A stretch of DNA of 64,000 nt. Source: an uncultured archaeon (GTDB lineage: Archaea; Aenigmatarchaeota; Aenigmatarchaeia; PWEA01; JAGHBM01). Position 1 is the first letter of the stretch; the number at the start of each line of letters is the position of its first letter. Below the pieces are notes generated by a model that was given only the letters and a program-made list of their open reading frames with translations, was not told the origin of the DNA and searched no databases. Below are positions 62,389 through 64,000 of this stretch, in pieces. The stretch lies in contig CAZOZN010000004.1 of NCBI GenBank assembly GCA_964584335.1, positions 1 to 64,000 of the forward strand. Reading direction: 5' to 3'. The position numbers were made by a program, and so were the translations under genes.

Positions 62389-64000
62389 ATGTTTGATAAG
62401 TTTAAGGCAGAAGCTCTGGAAATTCTGAATGCTTATGATTTTGAGGCAAAAATTATAGAAGAACCTCCAAATCCTGAGATGGGTGATTTGGCTTTTCCCT
62501 GTTTTGAACTTGCCAAATCTATGGGAAAAAATCCGGTCAAACTTGCAAGAGATATTGTTGAAATAATAAAAATTCCGGATAATTCGGTTTTCAAAGAAGT
62601 TAAACAGTACGGTCCCTATGTAAATTTCTTTTTTGACAGAAAGAAGTTTACTAAGAAAATTTTAACAGAATCAAAAAAGAAAGAATACGGTGCTGGAAAC
62701 AATAGTGAAAAAATAATGGTGGAATACCCTGCACCAAATACAAACAAACCATTGCACATAGGCCATATGAGAAATATGGCTATTGGTGAGTCTATTTCTA
62801 GAATTTTTGAAAAGAGGGGTTGCAATGTTATAAGAGTTAACTTGCTCAACGACCGTGGAATACACATATGCAAGTCAATGTTAGCCTATAAGAAGTGGGG
62901 AAAAGATAAAGAGCCGGATAAGAAAAGTGATCATTTTGTCGGAGATTACTATGTTCTTTTTGCAAACAGGTCAAAAGAAAATCCTGAGCTGGAGAAAGAG
63001 GCTCAGGAGATGCTAAAAAAATGGGAATCCGGTGACGAGGATGTCTTGTTTTTATGGAAAAGGATGAATAACTGGGCTGAGAACGGTATGGAAGAAACTT
63101 TCAAGAGATTCGGAGTAAAGTTTGACAAGGTTTACAAGGAAAGTGAGATGTATAAAATGGGCAAGGAAATGGTAATGGAAGGTCTTAAAAACAATGTTTT
63201 TGATAAGGACGATTCCGGTGCCATTTTTTTCGACCTTTCAGACAAGGACCTGGATAAGAAATTCCTAGTAAGAGGAGACGGTACTACTCTTTATGTTACC
63301 CAGGACTTATATCTTGCGGCATTGAAATACACCGATTACAGACCTGACAAATCTGTATATATTGTTGCCAACGAGCAGAATTATCATTTTGATGTTCTTT
63401 TTATCCTTCTTGAAGAGCTAAGAAAACTTGGCTTCAAGTTTGCTGAAGAGAATATTCATCTGAACTATGGAATGGTCAGGCTTACCTCAGGAAAAATAAA
63501 ATCAAGAGAAGGCACAAAAGTTGATGCGGATGACTTGATGGATGAAGTAAAGGAAATGGCTCTGAATGAAATAAAGAAAAGGAAAAAGTCCGATCTGGAG
63601 GATGTGGATAAGTTGGCCGAGAAGATTGCTCTGGGCGCCATAAAATTCTTTTTGTTGAAGTACAGCGAATACAAGGATTTTACTTTCATACCTAAAGAAT
63701 CCCTTTCTCTTGAAGGAGAGACCGGACCTTATTTGCAATATTCCCTTGTTAGGGCAAAAAAGATTATTGAGAAGACAAAAGAAACACCAAAGACGGAAGG
63801 ATTGGACGAAGATGAAGAGTTCGAACTTGCAAAAAAGATTTCAAAATTCCCTTCTAAAGTAGAAAGTGCTGCGGAAAACTACAAGCCTCACCTTATAGCA
63901 AACTATGCATATGAACTTTCTTCAGTTTTTTCTAAATTCTACGAAAAGTGTAACGTAATTGGAGATAAAAAAGAGAAAGAAAGGTTGGGGTTATTGTGGT
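62389..64000 (+). CDS. argS: Arginyl-tRNA synthetase (3' end outside the window)
   Basis: GDLAFPCF, PNTNKPLHIGH, LY.TQDL, KIKSREG, GETGPYLQY. Confidence 0.96.
   Translation, partial: MFDKFKAEALEILNAYDFEAKIIEEPPNPEMGDLAFPCFELAKSMGKNPVKLARDIVEIIKIPDNSVFKEVKQYGPYVNFFFDRKKFTKKILTESKKKEYGAGNNSEKIMVEYPAPNTNKPLHIGHMRNMAIGESISRIFEKRGCNVIRVNLLNDRGIHICKSMLAYKKWGKDKEPDKKSDHFVGDYYVLFANRSKENPELEKEAQEMLKKWESGDEDVLFLWKRMNNWAENGMEETFKRFGVKFDKVYKESEMYKMGKEMVMEGLKNNVFDKDDSGAIFFDLSDKDLDKKFLVRGDGTTLYVTQDLYLAALKYTDYRPDKSVYIVANEQNYHFDVLFILLEELRKLGFKFAEENIHLNYGMVRLTSGKIKSREGTKVDADDLMDEVKEMALNEIKKRKKSDLEDVDKLAEKIALGAIKFFLLKYSEYKDFTFIPKESLSLEGETGPYLQYSLVRAKKIIEKTKETPKTEGLDEDEEFELAKKISKFPSKVESAAENYKPHLIANYAYELSSVFSKFYEKCNVIGDKKEKERLGLLW

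Overview
Archaeal chromosomal window, most likely a DPANN lineage (Aenigmarchaeota-like). This placement is inferred from the divergent unlinked 16S and 23S, the intron-rich tRNAs and the gene content, and was not tested phylogenetically. (1) 1-26.9 kb is a surface-structure locus. It holds two giant DUF2341/LamG/Ig-like adhesin genes (one unlisted in the ORF track) that share an identical 567-bp block, three paralogous ~310-aa Sec-exported subunits whose motif pattern recurs at the C-terminus of the 2378-aa adhesin, a membrane-anchored two-Ig-domain protein resembling DUF916/DUF3324 or pilus chaperones, other membrane Ig proteins, a wHTH regulator with candidate operators, a MinD-type ATPase, a vWA protein and a candidate small RNA. 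I propose this is an undescribed non-type-IV, donor-strand-type archaeal fibre system. (2) 27-46 kb holds Elp3 with a Trm9-like methyltransferase, HisRS with an intron-containing tRNA-His, CorA, unlinked 16S and 23S rRNA genes with three short BHB introns and unusual core substitutions, a three-intron tRNA-Ala, RNase P RNA and several unannotated micro-ORFs (one acidic and two lysine-rich peptides in tandem). (3) 46.7-61.3 kb is a glycolysis/glycogen cluster, followed by Sec61beta, endonuclease IV and a partial ArgRS. All family calls are by-eye motif recognition, not database results.
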